In this document: positions 49,255-60,271 of the stretch, in pieces
How the letters are laid out: each line of letters opens with the position of its first letter
Position numbering within the stretch: position 1 is the stretch's first letter
Virus record (IMG/VR): IMGVR_UViG_3300032287_002746
Coordinates: 1-60,436 of that record
Length of the DNA stretch: 60,436 nt
Source: a virus
Taxonomy: Duplodnaviria > Caudoviricetes
Reading direction: 5' to 3' (one strand)
Notes under the pieces: generated by a model
Database searches by the model: none
What the model saw: the letters and a program-made list of their open reading frames with translations, nothing else
Told to the model about the DNA's origin: nothing
Position numbers and translations under genes: made by a program

Positions 49255-52200
49255 TTACTTAAAGCACTCAGCTGCTTTCTTTAATTGTTCAATTATTGAC
49301 GATTCAGAAATAGGATCCTCACTTACAAATTTACTAATTTCTTTTGAATTTTCTTGTACAATTGATTTAAAATCTGCAAGTTCATTGTTCAAGCTTTCTA
49401 AAATATTACGACCAGTAGACAACACGTTAGGTGTTTCAACTGTATCAAATAAGTTTATCTGAATTTCTTCAGATGGTTTAGTAACAGTAACTTTTTTTGA
49501 AGCATACTTAATCCTTTTACCTGTGATAACAGATTCTCTAATACCTTCAAGACTTTTTCTACCTTCTTTTGTAGCAGCGTACTCTTCTAATGTTTTAAAC
49601 TCAGTGCCATTTTTCTTATTGTACAACTTCATTGCTTTCTCACCACGCGATTGCATGCTGGCATACTTTACAGTATCCATTTTGTCTTCAATGTCTGTCA
49701 ATACTTCATCCATAAAGTTCTTTACAAAATCAATATCTTTTCTTGTGTTGTTTGCAGAAGTTGCAATCTCTTCAGCTTTTTCTTCAGTGCTTACAGTTTG
49801 AAGTACATTGTTACTTGTATCTGTGATGTCATATGTTTGAGCATCGTTTGTTGTAACTGTAAAAGGTTCTGCTGTAGATTCTGCTGGAGTTTCTCCAATC
49901 AATGCACTTAAGAAATTAACTTCTGCTGCACTTACAAAACCTTCTTCGTTACTTTCAGTTAACTGTGTAACATTAGGAGTAGGAGCAGGTGTAGGAGTTA
50001 CAGTCGCAACAGGTGCTACAGGCAATTCTATTGGCTGAGATATTTCATCAGGTATTCCTTGTGTAGTAGTAACAACTGCTTCAGGTATTTCTGGTTCAGG
50101 AGCATTTGATGCTGGAGTTTCTTTTAATTTTTTATTTAATGCAGCAAGTACATAACTTCTTTCTTGTAATAAATCATCTATTTCTTGTTGTGTACCTTGA
50201 ATACTTAATTCATCATACGTTTCGTTAATGCTATTAAGATTATTTTGCAACTCATCCACAGACATGTCCATGTATTGTTGACCCGGAGTTGTTTCAGGTA
50301 TTTCACTAACAGGAGTCTCAGAAGTATTAGTCATTGCTTCAGATGCTGCAACAGCCTCTGCTTCAGTGTCATAACCTTCAGTAATAATTTCATCATTAGT
50401 TGTTGCTACACCCCATTTACCATCAGGATCCTTAAATGTTTTTGTACCTGTTTTTTCTTGAGTTATTCTTTGTTTTGCTATTGCAACTTGAGCATCAATA
50501 GATTCTTTAAACTGTTCAGAGTTTATAAGTTTTTGTTCATTTTCTCCAAGTTCAACATCACCGCGAGCAATTTTATCTACAAGTAATTGTTCCTTAACAG
50601 GTTCCATTTTACCAGTAGCAATCATTTGATCATATTCTTCATCTGTAATATCTTGAGAATATTCACTTGGTGCATATTTTTTAACTATATCTGCAAATTT
50701 TGCAGACACATTATTTTTAAGAGAGTCAAGTAATTTGTCTACATATTCGCCATTTTGTATACCAAGGTTTGGATCAAGAGCAACAGTCAATAAGTTTTTA
50801 TAATTTTCATCTTGATACATCATTTCCATGATCTCAAATCCAATTGAAAGTTTATCTGATTCGTTAAATGAACTATTTACTTCTTCTAAACTATCAAGCA
50901 ATCCACCAGTACCATAAATATGTTGTATGATTGTTACATTGTATCTATCTAAAAATGATATCACATTAAACTTCATTTTGCCATCAGTCATTTTACTAAT
51001 AGCATGTTTAAAGTTTTTAGGATTCATAAGAGTATCAACAGCGTTCATATAGTCTTTTGTATCCTTGTCAAGTTTCATGTAGTCTACTAACTTGCTATGA
51101 ACATCACGCATTTCTGTTTCAGAAATTTGTGTGTCTACTCCAGCTTGTTGATTTTTAACATTTAATAATTGTCTAAATGTTTCAATAACCTCATCATCGT
51201 TTACATCAAATGTTGTTTCAACAGTGTCTAAAGGTTCACCGTAACCGTCAAGTAATGTTTGTTTTTTATCAATACGTTTACCAACAAATGTATCTAATAC
51301 TATATTTTCTGTCGGAACTATTTCACCTTGTTCATTTAATGAAATACTTGCGTCAACTCTATTACTAAAAAATGATTGCCATTTTTCTAAGTTAGCAAGT
51401 TCTTCTTCTTTATCTTTAATTTGTTTTTCAATCTTAGGTTTTAGACTTTCATCTGTGTTTTGTTCAAGATTGTTTCTATAGATTCTTAATTCAGACATTA
51501 TGTTACCCTTCTCATCATTAAGAATCTTAGGATCTGTCAGAACACGGATAACATAATCAGAACTGTTAGCAATACTTTGATTACTTAATAATTCTTGTGC
51601 AATTTGTTGTGCACGTTTTGCAGTCATGTCTCCTTTAACTGCATTCATAGCAATTGTGTGAACAGCATCTTCTTCAGCAGAACGAGCAATCATTGCAGTG
51701 AAATATTCTTTGCTACCTTGAGTATATAATGTTGGCTCCGTAAAAGTCTTAACCTTGTTTCTTATACTATCAGTTACATCAGAATATTTTTTAATGTCTT
51801 TTGCAAGACTTTTTGAAAATTCTAACGGAGTTGTATACTTAGTATCTTCAAGTTTTACACCAAATGATTTTTCAAAATCTTCATTTGACATGTCAACTCC
51901 CATTTCTTTAACCACTCTTTGCAACACATCAATCGATTCTGTGCGTTTTGCGGCACTAATTGCGGAAACTAATGCATTATCTCTACTGTTCTCGAATTCG
52001 TATCTTAAACCTTTCGCAGCAGCTTCAGCTTGGTTCTGTCCTTCTTGTGTTTGATTGACAAAATTTACAATCTTATGTTTAAATGTTCTTTCTTCTGTTT
52101 GTTTAAAGAAAGTATTTAAAGTTTCAATGTCTTTGTCAAATTGTTTTTTAACTCTTTCAACAGGATTTTCACCAGGATTTTTTGCATACTGTCTTTCATT

Positions 52201-54072
52201 AATTTTATTAGACGCAGCTTCTAATCCTTTGGTTGTCATGTGAACAGGAAGTCTTACTAAGGTTCCTGTCAATGCACCCATTAAAAATGTTTTAATACCT
52301 TGCTTGCTTAGTTCATCTTCAAACGCTTGACCAAACGATTCACTTAATATTGAATTAGATTTCTGGTATTGACCAACATAGTAATCTTTCCAACCATTTG
52401 ATGAAATACTTTGCAAGTTTTCTTGTAAACCTTCAACAAGTTCAAATCGTGCCATGTCTTTAAAGAACGCTTTACCTACTTGAAAAGTTGCTTCTTTTTT
52501 ACCAAAGTCTGTTGCAATTTGTCCTGTAAGACCATATGCTCCAGCAAATCCTTTTTTATAAAATTTCTTTAAACCATTTTTTTCTACAAGTAACAAGTTA
52601 TCTTTGGTTGCTTCGATTAACTCACGCATTGTTTTGTTAGCAGGTAAAAATTTATTAAACATGTTTCCAAATTGTAACTTGTTAGTTGCCAATAAGATTG
52701 CCATGTTTGTTTTATAATTTGCACCACTTGAATCCATTGATAACTTACGCATTTCTTCAAACTGCGTTTCATTTGGATTCTCACCATTATTGTTATTGCG
52801 ATGATCGTCAATAAGTTTATTTAATGTATCACCATAAGAAGACACTGCTTCAAAAGATGCTTCTGTTGCAGACATGTTTAATTCCTGTGCTACACGTCTT
52901 AATCCTTGTGCACCCATACCAACAAGTTTACCTGTTGATAATCCTGCATCTACACCAGCTTTAATTCTTTCACCATATCTTATACCTGTACCAACTAATG
53001 GTAATCCTCTTGCGACATTACCTGTCATTTCAAGTACAGATTTTGATTTTAATATTGCTGGTAAGTTGCCATTGAAAACTGTAAATGTATCATTTATAGC
53101 ATCTCGTGCAATACTACCGGTTGTGTTAGATACAGCAGCTGCTTCATCTATTTTAGTCAATAATCTAATTTCTTCTGCAGACTTGTTACCTAATGTAAAA
53201 CCTTGTGCTGCTTCTCTAAAGAAATTTGTTTTCTTTGCAAGTGCTTCTGCAGATTCTCTGGCTCCTACTTCAACAGCTTCCCTGCCAAGTAATCTTCCAA
53301 AACCTGCTCCAATTTTTGCAAAGGTTGGAGCAAAAGTAGCAGCACCTTCACCACCTGCAGGAGCAGTGGCTGCTGTTATTAAAATATCTGCAGCAATCTC
53401 TAATGACAATGCTGCAAATGTTCCTAACATAAATCCACTACTTCCAATAAACTCAGATACACTTCCTTTTGAAAAAATACTATCTTGATCTTCAGGTTTT
53501 TGAAACACAAAGTTTTTTTGCGCATCCTTTTGATCCTGATAATACTGTTGCATCATTTCATCTTCAGTAGGCATTAATAAAGACATATCCATGTTTGCAA
53601 TAGCAGAACCCATTCTACCATAACCAACAAAGTTTTCTTTAAATGCTGCACCAAATTTACTTGACATAGAATCAAAACCTTTTGCAAGAGCTGACCCCCA
53701 TGTTTCCATTGCAGCAAATCTTGCATAGTTAGTAGGATCCTTTGGATTAAATCCATCTGGGTTATATGATTCTTGTTGTGTAAAATTTGCTATACTATCA
53801 GCATCCAAGTATCTTATGCCAGGTGACTTTTGGTAAGTCATTGAATCAATAAGAGATGTAGGAGGATCTATTTTATTTTGCAACTGTTGTCTACCAACAT
53901 ACTGAGAATAACGCATAGCATCTCCAAGTGGATCACCAGCTGGACCATCAGAAGAAGTTTCAACATTATTTGTTGCCTGATTGTTTGATGACATTAATGA
54001 CGCAAAATCCTGTTGTTGATTTGCATCAGTAGCAGTTAATGCTGATGCGTCTAATTCTGTGTTTTCAGCCAT
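49255..54072 (-). CDS. 1605-aa virion cargo/ejection protein
   Basis: Helical, Gly/Ala-rich hydrophobic segment near aa 213-260, P/T/E-rich linker; adjacent to the RNAP gene. Confidence 0.75.
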   Translation of the reverse strand: MAENTELDASALTATDANQQQDFASLMSSNNQATNNVETSSDGPAGDPLGDAMRYSQYVGRQQLQNKIDPPTSLIDSMTYQKSPGIRYLDADSIANFTQQESYNPDGFNPKDPTNYARFAAMETWGSALAKGFDSMSSKFGAAFKENFVGYGRMGSAIANMDMSLLMPTEDEMMQQYYQDQKDAQKNFVFQKPEDQDSIFSKGSVSEFIGSSGFMLGTFAALSLEIAADILITAATAPAGGEGAATFAPTFAKIGAGFGRLLGREAVEVGARESAEALAKKTNFFREAAQGFTLGNKSAEEIRLLTKIDEAAAVSNTTGSIARDAINDTFTVFNGNLPAILKSKSVLEMTGNVARGLPLVGTGIRYGERIKAGVDAGLSTGKLVGMGAQGLRRVAQELNMSATEASFEAVSSYGDTLNKLIDDHRNNNNGENPNETQFEEMRKLSMDSSGANYKTNMAILLATNKLQFGNMFNKFLPANKTMRELIEATKDNLLLVEKNGLKKFYKKGFAGAYGLTGQIATDFGKKEATFQVGKAFFKDMARFELVEGLQENLQSISSNGWKDYYVGQYQKSNSILSESFGQAFEDELSKQGIKTFLMGALTGTLVRLPVHMTTKGLEAASNKINERQYAKNPGENPVERVKKQFDKDIETLNTFFKQTEERTFKHKIVNFVNQTQEGQNQAEAAAKGLRYEFENSRDNALVSAISAAKRTESIDVLQRVVKEMGVDMSNEDFEKSFGVKLEDTKYTTPLEFSKSLAKDIKKYSDVTDSIRNKVKTFTEPTLYTQGSKEYFTAMIARSAEEDAVHTIAMNAVKGDMTAKRAQQIAQELLSNQSIANSSDYVIRVLTDPKILNDEKGNIMSELRIYRNNLEQNTDESLKPKIEKQIKDKEEELANLEKWQSFFSNRVDASISLNEQGEIVPTENIVLDTFVGKRIDKKQTLLDGYGEPLDTVETTFDVNDDEVIETFRQLLNVKNQQAGVDTQISETEMRDVHSKLVDYMKLDKDTKDYMNAVDTLMNPKNFKHAISKMTDGKMKFNVISFLDRYNVTIIQHIYGTGGLLDSLEEVNSSFNESDKLSIGFEIMEMMYQDENYKNLLTVALDPNLGIQNGEYVDKLLDSLKNNVSAKFADIVKKYAPSEYSQDITDEEYDQMIATGKMEPVKEQLLVDKIARGDVELGENEQKLINSEQFKESIDAQVAIAKQRITQEKTGTKTFKDPDGKWGVATTNDEIITEGYDTEAEAVAASEAMTNTSETPVSEIPETTPGQQYMDMSVDELQNNLNSINETYDELSIQGTQQEIDDLLQERSYVLAALNKKLKETPASNAPEPEIPEAVVTTTQGIPDEISQPIELPVAPVATVTPTPAPTPNVTQLTESNEEGFVSAAEVNFLSALIGETPAESTAEPFTVTTNDAQTYDITDTSNNVLQTVSTEEKAEEIATSANNTRKDIDFVKNFMDEVLTDIEDKMDTVKYASMQSRGEKAMKLYNKKNGTEFKTLEEYAATKEGRKSLEGIRESVITGKRIKYASKKVTVTKPSEEIQINLFDTVETPNVLSTGRNILESLNNELADFKSIVQENSKEISKFVSEDPISESSIIEQLKKAAECFK

Positions 54073-54075
54073 GAC

Positions 54076-56694
54076 TTATTTTTTCTTTTTGCTATTAATT
54101 GTTTGTAACGCAGTCATATAAGTTTCATATTGCGTTTTGATATGTTCATCAAGTGCCATGATTCCTTCTATATCATCTGGTCCAGTCATTGGAATAAAAT
54201 CAACTCCTGATTTAACCCATTTGTCTTGTATTGGATCTTTATATTTAGTACTGTATGAAACTGAATAGTTACCATATCTGTCATAATTACCAGTAGCAGT
54301 AAAATCGAATCCAGAGTTTCTAATGTTTGTTTTAGCATTTATAGTACCTGTTGGATTTTGGAACAATAAATTAAAATCACCAAGAGATGTTTGATTCATT
54401 GTAGATTCTTTTACAAATTTCTTAAACCTTGATAATGAAGGATTTGTATTGATTGTTTCAAATGGCAATGTTACAACTAACGGTGCTGTTGCAGTTTTTG
54501 GATTATCATTTTTATTTCTTACAGTTATTTTTACAGTTTTATTAACTGGATCACTGCTTACCTCATACTCGTTACCCAATGCTTCAGCTCTTGCTTTGGT
54601 GTTCATATTAGCAAATTTGGTAAACACTGCAGGATCATTTGCAGAAGATGCCGCAACAGAACCAAATATGTTACCCCATTCATCTGCAGTAACACCTGTG
54701 TTTAATCTTGTTATAGTTGTACCAGTTGTTCTTTTTGTAAATTCTGGAGATACTTTTAAACTTAAACCATTTTTTTCTGCTTCTGACAACTTAGATAAAT
54801 CAAATATAGGATATCCAGCTTGTGTACGCCCTGTAATTTTTACTTTGTCTTTGTATGTCTCTTTTATATTTCCATCAGCATCAGTTATACTTTTTGCAAT
54901 ATTTTCATAATTTTTATCAAGCTGTTCTTTTTGTGTAAACACTTGATCAAACTTACCCATTAAGTTATTTAATACATACAGTTGTTGTTTGTACTCTTGA
55001 ACACTTCCTTGTTTTGCAAGAATAGGAATAAGTTTTTTTGCTTTACCATAAACACCAAGTGCAAATGATTCAAGCATTGATTGTGCAAGTTGAGGAGTTT
55101 TTGGATCATATGCATGCTCAAGACCAAGTTTCTTTGCAAGTGAGCCATACAGTTTTCCTTCTTGTTCTGTCAATTTTTCATTACTACCACCAGCAATTCT
55201 TTTTAATTTATCCATTACTGTGTAATACTTACCAGAATTGTCACCACCAACAACAATGTTTAAAGCACCTTCTTTTGGATCAAAAGCATCAGAAAACAAT
55301 TCGTTACGTGTAGTTGTTAATGATTCAGCAAGAACATCAACTGCTGGTAAAGAAGAAGTTGTCTGAGAAGTACCAGTAATAGTGCTTGTTGGCAACTCAC
55401 CTTTTCCTCCAGCAATTCTTATTTTTAATGCCATCTCATCATCAAACTGCTTTTGTTTTTGTTCCATCTCCATGAACTTGAGTTCTTTTTCTTGATTCAT
55501 TTTTGCAATAGCAAGACTCATAGCATTCTTTTCTTTCCAGACATTCATTGCTACATCATCCTGGTCTATTTCAACTTTTGATGTCACTCTTGAATAGTCT
55601 TTACCCCAATCTATTGCAGTTTTATTCATTGCATTATTTTTGTAAAGATTGTGCAAGTTTTGTGCAATATATTCAAAACCACCTTTAGTAAGATCTGTTA
55701 CTTCTTTCTCTGCATTTCCTGCAGTCTTTTCAAGTTCTTGTTTTTGTGCTTGTAAATTATTGTAATACGCTTGTTGTAAAACAGGTACTCCATCCGGATG
55801 TTCTCTATCAAATATTTCAATTTTTTCTAATACATCTGATAATCCTAACTTTGTCTGAGTCTCAGTTTTTTTTGCTTCTTCAATAGCAGGTTGTTCAAGT
55901 TTTTTTGCAAGGTTTTGCAATGCCTGATCTCTGGAAACTTTACTTGTTTCCATTTCTTCTTTAATATCATTCTCAGCATTAACAAATCCCATTACTCGCA
56001 TTTGGTCATTAAATCTACCATCAGTTCTCATTTGATCAATTGCCCATTGCATAAATGAAGGTGCTGCGTCATCACCATTAGTTTTTTTAATTTTATAAAA
56101 ACCATGCACTTCATCTCTAACAATTTCTAATTTTAATTCTTTTGCACGTTCATTAAGAAAACCTGTTACATCTTCAAATGGTACAAAGTTTTTTGGTTGT
56201 GCTTTTAGTATACTACCATCACCACGTTTAGCATTTTTTAATTCACTAATACCATAGTTCATATAAGCCATACTATAATCACTTGCAAGTGCTCTTTGTT
56301 TTGGATCATCACTTGCTTTTAGTGCATTGTATTTACCTATTTCATTACCATAATATTTTGTTAACGCCATATCACGACCAAGTTCTTTATCTTGTGTGAT
56401 TGGATCTACGATAGAATTTGCAATACTAATGTTTGCAGGATTTGATAAATCTAAATTTGAAATGTCTTTTAAAGAACTTTGTACTTTTTTAAACACTTCT
56501 TTACGAAATTCTTCGTTTGATTCAGAAGTCAATGGGTCATTTAATGCAGAGTTGATTATGCTTTTTACATAATTAAATCCACGATCATACTCACCTTGTT
56601 TAGTTCCCAACACTTGTGTAAGAAAACCATAATCAGGTTTATATAAATTTAATTGTGGAAACTCATCAGTAACTCCTTTTAAAAATGTTGCCAT
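54076..56694 (-). CDS. 872-aa virion-associated protein
   Basis: Long coiled-coil-rich ORF in the cargo cluster. Confidence 0.7.
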   Translation of the reverse strand: MATFLKGVTDEFPQLNLYKPDYGFLTQVLGTKQGEYDRGFNYVKSIINSALNDPLTSESNEEFRKEVFKKVQSSLKDISNLDLSNPANISIANSIVDPITQDKELGRDMALTKYYGNEIGKYNALKASDDPKQRALASDYSMAYMNYGISELKNAKRGDGSILKAQPKNFVPFEDVTGFLNERAKELKLEIVRDEVHGFYKIKKTNGDDAAPSFMQWAIDQMRTDGRFNDQMRVMGFVNAENDIKEEMETSKVSRDQALQNLAKKLEQPAIEEAKKTETQTKLGLSDVLEKIEIFDREHPDGVPVLQQAYYNNLQAQKQELEKTAGNAEKEVTDLTKGGFEYIAQNLHNLYKNNAMNKTAIDWGKDYSRVTSKVEIDQDDVAMNVWKEKNAMSLAIAKMNQEKELKFMEMEQKQKQFDDEMALKIRIAGGKGELPTSTITGTSQTTSSLPAVDVLAESLTTTRNELFSDAFDPKEGALNIVVGGDNSGKYYTVMDKLKRIAGGSNEKLTEQEGKLYGSLAKKLGLEHAYDPKTPQLAQSMLESFALGVYGKAKKLIPILAKQGSVQEYKQQLYVLNNLMGKFDQVFTQKEQLDKNYENIAKSITDADGNIKETYKDKVKITGRTQAGYPIFDLSKLSEAEKNGLSLKVSPEFTKRTTGTTITRLNTGVTADEWGNIFGSVAASSANDPAVFTKFANMNTKARAEALGNEYEVSSDPVNKTVKITVRNKNDNPKTATAPLVVTLPFETINTNPSLSRFKKFVKESTMNQTSLGDFNLLFQNPTGTINAKTNIRNSGFDFTATGNYDRYGNYSVSYSTKYKDPIQDKWVKSGVDFIPMTGPDDIEGIMALDEHIKTQYETYMTALQTINSKKKK

Positions 56695-56716
56695 GTTTAT
56701 TTATTGTATAAAAATA

Positions 56717-59700
56717 TTAATCTTCAAAAAAGTATAAAGGTAATGCACCAAAATCAAATACTACACCACCATATTGTTTTTTTACTTTTCCACCATATTT
56801 TGATTGTCTTGGCGCAGGTAATGCTTGTCCAGATAGAATAGCATTACGACCAGCATTTTTAGTATCAGCTACAGCAGCTTTACCATTTACTTCTGCATTT
56901 GCAGCATCTATCGCCTCTGACGCACTAAAACCTTTACCTTTCCAAAATATTACTCGATCTTCAAATGTATATCCTGATTTACTATTTTTACCAGTTGGGT
57001 CTGTAGGATTAATATACGGATCATACACAGGTCTACCTTGTGCATCAAACATTTGTCTACCATCTTTAAAAGTTACATCACCTGTATTACGATCAACATC
57101 GTAATTAAACATATCAGATAACTGATTAGTTCTTTGCCAGTTTGTAGTACCATTATTCCAAGCATCAAGTTGTCTCCATTTTAATGCACGTCTGGCATTA
57201 TCATATTGTTGTCTTGCTGTTGCTGATTGACCAATATAATTTTGTAATGAGTTGGCATTTAAAATCTTTTCTTGATTATTAATTCCAGCAATGTTACCAG
57301 AAAATCGATTAAAAATATTTGAATTTTCATTTTCAACACCACCAATAATATTTGCAGATTGACCAAGTCTTTGATTTGATGGAGCAACCTGTGATGCACC
57401 AGCAACATTACCGGCAGTTGTATTGTATGCAGCTTCTCTTTCAGCAGCAGCTTGTTCTTGCATTGCAGCAATTCTTCTATCAGGATCAAGCAATGCGTAA
57501 CGAGGAGTTTCTAAATCAACTTGAGTTAATGCAGGAGGATAATAACCAACATTGTCAGTAAGTGTGCCAGCAAAGTTTACTGCATCTTGTATCCACCAAG
57601 GTCTTCTTGGTTTTGGTTTTTCTTTTTCTGGTATGTCATCTGGTTTTTTATTACATCCTGCTTCAGCTTCTTCACGTGTATTGTAAGAACCTGCAGGCAT
57701 CTCTCCTTCATATTCAAATTGATATATTTCTTTTACACCGGTTACAGGATCTTGTCTACAAGACCATGCTCTCTTTTTCTCTGGTATTGTTGTTGTTTCT
57801 TTTTTCTTAGTCATTGCTTCCAAGAAAGCATTATGAAACAAGCCTGGCTTTCCGTCAGTAGCAAGTTCTAATATTTTATCGTAACGTGCTTGACCTGTTA
57901 ATCCTTGTAATTGTGCAGCAACATTAGGACCAAATACATTTGACTGTATAAGTCCTGTCATGTATTCATCAATAGCTTTTGCACCTTCAGGATTCAACAT
58001 TGCTTGTTGAGCCATTGGTTTCCATTGCTTATCATAATTTTCTGGTTTCCATGGCGCGTATGTACTTTGATCTTGTGGTGTAAATGGTAACTTGTTTACA
58101 TTACTTGGTTTAACTTGAAACTCAGGTGTATTATTAGCAATTACTTGTTTATTAGGATCTCCTGTAGCAACCGGTGTTACAGAACCATTCTGAATTCCTT
58201 GTGCTGTATTACCCATAAAAGGTTGAGATGCAGCAGTTGGTTCAGCATCTGCAGGAAATAAACCTGCAAGTTCAGCTGGTAATTCAGGATTGGCAACAGT
58301 TGTATTTGTAGCAACAGGTGGAATATTAACAGTTGTAGCTGCAGATGTTGCTGCAGGATTAGCAACAGCATCCATTGCTTGTTGATCAAGAGATGGAGTT
58401 GCAGAAGTTGAAGTTGTAGAATCACTTTTTGATTTATCTTCACCACTAAACAGGTCACTAAAAAAGTCACCTATCCCACCAAAAAATCCATTTGATGAAC
58501 CATCATCCATCATAGAAGAACCAGAAGCATCACCAACAGTACTTGAACCAGTAGTTCCTTGATGCTTTGGTAAATCTCCACCATGCTTATAACCAGGAAT
58601 TACTTTATTATTAAGAAACGCTTCATGAGTTCCATCAGGATAAAAAATTCTTATTGTATCACCCATTTTAACAGCAGATCCTTCTTGACCTTTAAACTTT
58701 CCACTTGGTATAATAAACTTTGGAAATGTTTGCATTTTACCAGGAACTCTTTTAGCAGGTTGTGGTTTTACATTTGTATTTGATGTAACAACAGTTTTTG
58801 CTGCAGGTTTACTATTGTCTTCTTTAACAACAACAGTAGTTGGAGGAACTTCTTCTTCTACTTCTTCTGCGTCACTTGCCCAATCTCTTGCACCAGTTGC
58901 CGCAGCTTGTTGTTGTGTAGAACCAGCAGGTGCAACATTATTTGTACTAATTATTTTTCCATTAGCATCTCTTCTCACAAATTGTTTATTTGCAGATGCA
59001 GTATAAATATTAGATGGTGTAACAAGTTGAGGCGTTGTGCTTTCAATGTAATCTGAAACATCCCCAGTTTGAGGATCATACTGAGGAGTTAATTCAACTG
59101 CTTGCAACGCATTTGTTCTAAAAGTTTCTTCTTGTGGTATTCTTTGACCAATTTTCATAGTCGTTACCATTTTAGAAACAAATGGGTCTACAACTTTAAA
59201 TGTTTTTTTTCCATCAGAAAAAATATCTCCTTTTTTAAAGTACTGACCGCCAATAGTTGTTGAAGCTGTATTATAATCAACACCTTTATTTGGTTGAAGT
59301 CCTACATTTTGTACAATTTTTTTATCACCATTGTATGTAACTTTTTGAAAAAATGGATATTTACCACCAGGTACACCAGTCCCTTGAATTTTTTTCATGA
59401 ATTCATCTTTATCCATTTTAAACCATTGTTTATTTTCAGGCGATTGAAATGTTAAATAATCACCTGTAAACCATCCTGGTTTGTCTTCTTGTGAATGATA
59501 TATGTAAGGTTTACCATCTACATATACTTTATCACCTTGAGATTGAGTAAATCTTACAGTACCAGCATTTTGATAATTAGCCATTCCACCATAACGCATT
59601 TGACCTTCTTCTCCGGCTGCTTCTCTTCCTTCCATTATTTCGTGAGAAACACCTTCACCTTGTTCTTGACCAGGTGATTCTTGTCCTTGTAATCCTGCCA

Positions 59701-60271
59701 TAACAGATTGTGCAATTGCAGGAACACCATCAGGAAATCCTTTCATTGATTCTTGTACCAATGCTAACATACCAAGTTTCTCAAGATTGTTTTTTAACAT
59801 CTGAGAAGCAGTACGCTTTGATACAGGATCTGTTGCATCATCCTTTAGAATATTCATATAGTTATTCATAGGATATTTTTGTGCAATCTTTGCTGGTGTA
59901 ACACCACCTTTGTCAAATTTAGTAATACCAAAAATAGAAAGTACTTCAGGATCTTTAATCTTTAACTTTTTTGTGTCAGAGAATATAAATGAACCAGGTG
60001 CAACATTAAGAGGTACACCGCCTTTATTATGTCTTTTACCAACAATTTTACTATGTTCTAAAAAACCATCATTGTTGATATCACCGATTACAGTTTCTCC
60101 ACCTTCAGCTTCTATATTAGCCTCTTCACGTGGAACTGCACTAATAGTGTTTTTAACATTACTGTCTTGGTTAATTGGATTTACTTTGATGTATAAATCA
60201 TTTCTATCAACTAAACTGTAGTTACGTTGATCACCATTTTTTGGAAGTTGTTTTATTCTAATGTTGTACAT
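56717..60271 (-). CDS. 1184-aa virion structural/cargo protein
   Basis: ANIEAEGGET...G.RH..GG...IFSD N-terminal motif seen in crAss-like virion proteins; low-complexity centre; repeated Y/H-GG motifs. Confidence 0.75.
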   Translation of the reverse strand: MYNIRIKQLPKNGDQRNYSLVDRNDLYIKVNPINQDSNVKNTISAVPREEANIEAEGGETVIGDINNDGFLEHSKIVGKRHNKGGVPLNVAPGSFIFSDTKKLKIKDPEVLSIFGITKFDKGGVTPAKIAQKYPMNNYMNILKDDATDPVSKRTASQMLKNNLEKLGMLALVQESMKGFPDGVPAIAQSVMAGLQGQESPGQEQGEGVSHEIMEGREAAGEEGQMRYGGMANYQNAGTVRFTQSQGDKVYVDGKPYIYHSQEDKPGWFTGDYLTFQSPENKQWFKMDKDEFMKKIQGTGVPGGKYPFFQKVTYNGDKKIVQNVGLQPNKGVDYNTASTTIGGQYFKKGDIFSDGKKTFKVVDPFVSKMVTTMKIGQRIPQEETFRTNALQAVELTPQYDPQTGDVSDYIESTTPQLVTPSNIYTASANKQFVRRDANGKIISTNNVAPAGSTQQQAAATGARDWASDAEEVEEEVPPTTVVVKEDNSKPAAKTVVTSNTNVKPQPAKRVPGKMQTFPKFIIPSGKFKGQEGSAVKMGDTIRIFYPDGTHEAFLNNKVIPGYKHGGDLPKHQGTTGSSTVGDASGSSMMDDGSSNGFFGGIGDFFSDLFSGEDKSKSDSTTSTSATPSLDQQAMDAVANPAATSAATTVNIPPVATNTTVANPELPAELAGLFPADAEPTAASQPFMGNTAQGIQNGSVTPVATGDPNKQVIANNTPEFQVKPSNVNKLPFTPQDQSTYAPWKPENYDKQWKPMAQQAMLNPEGAKAIDEYMTGLIQSNVFGPNVAAQLQGLTGQARYDKILELATDGKPGLFHNAFLEAMTKKKETTTIPEKKRAWSCRQDPVTGVKEIYQFEYEGEMPAGSYNTREEAEAGCNKKPDDIPEKEKPKPRRPWWIQDAVNFAGTLTDNVGYYPPALTQVDLETPRYALLDPDRRIAAMQEQAAAEREAAYNTTAGNVAGASQVAPSNQRLGQSANIIGGVENENSNIFNRFSGNIAGINNQEKILNANSLQNYIGQSATARQQYDNARRALKWRQLDAWNNGTTNWQRTNQLSDMFNYDVDRNTGDVTFKDGRQMFDAQGRPVYDPYINPTDPTGKNSKSGYTFEDRVIFWKGKGFSASEAIDAANAEVNGKAAVADTKNAGRNAILSGQALPAPRQSKYGGKVKKQYGGVVFDFGALPLYFFED

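Noticed and set aside
31838-60221. Many + strand ORFs of 60-204 aa opposite the giant genes (e.g. 52874..53488, 54449..54910)
   Set aside because: Antisense shadows of long minus-strand genes with no recognisable motifs.
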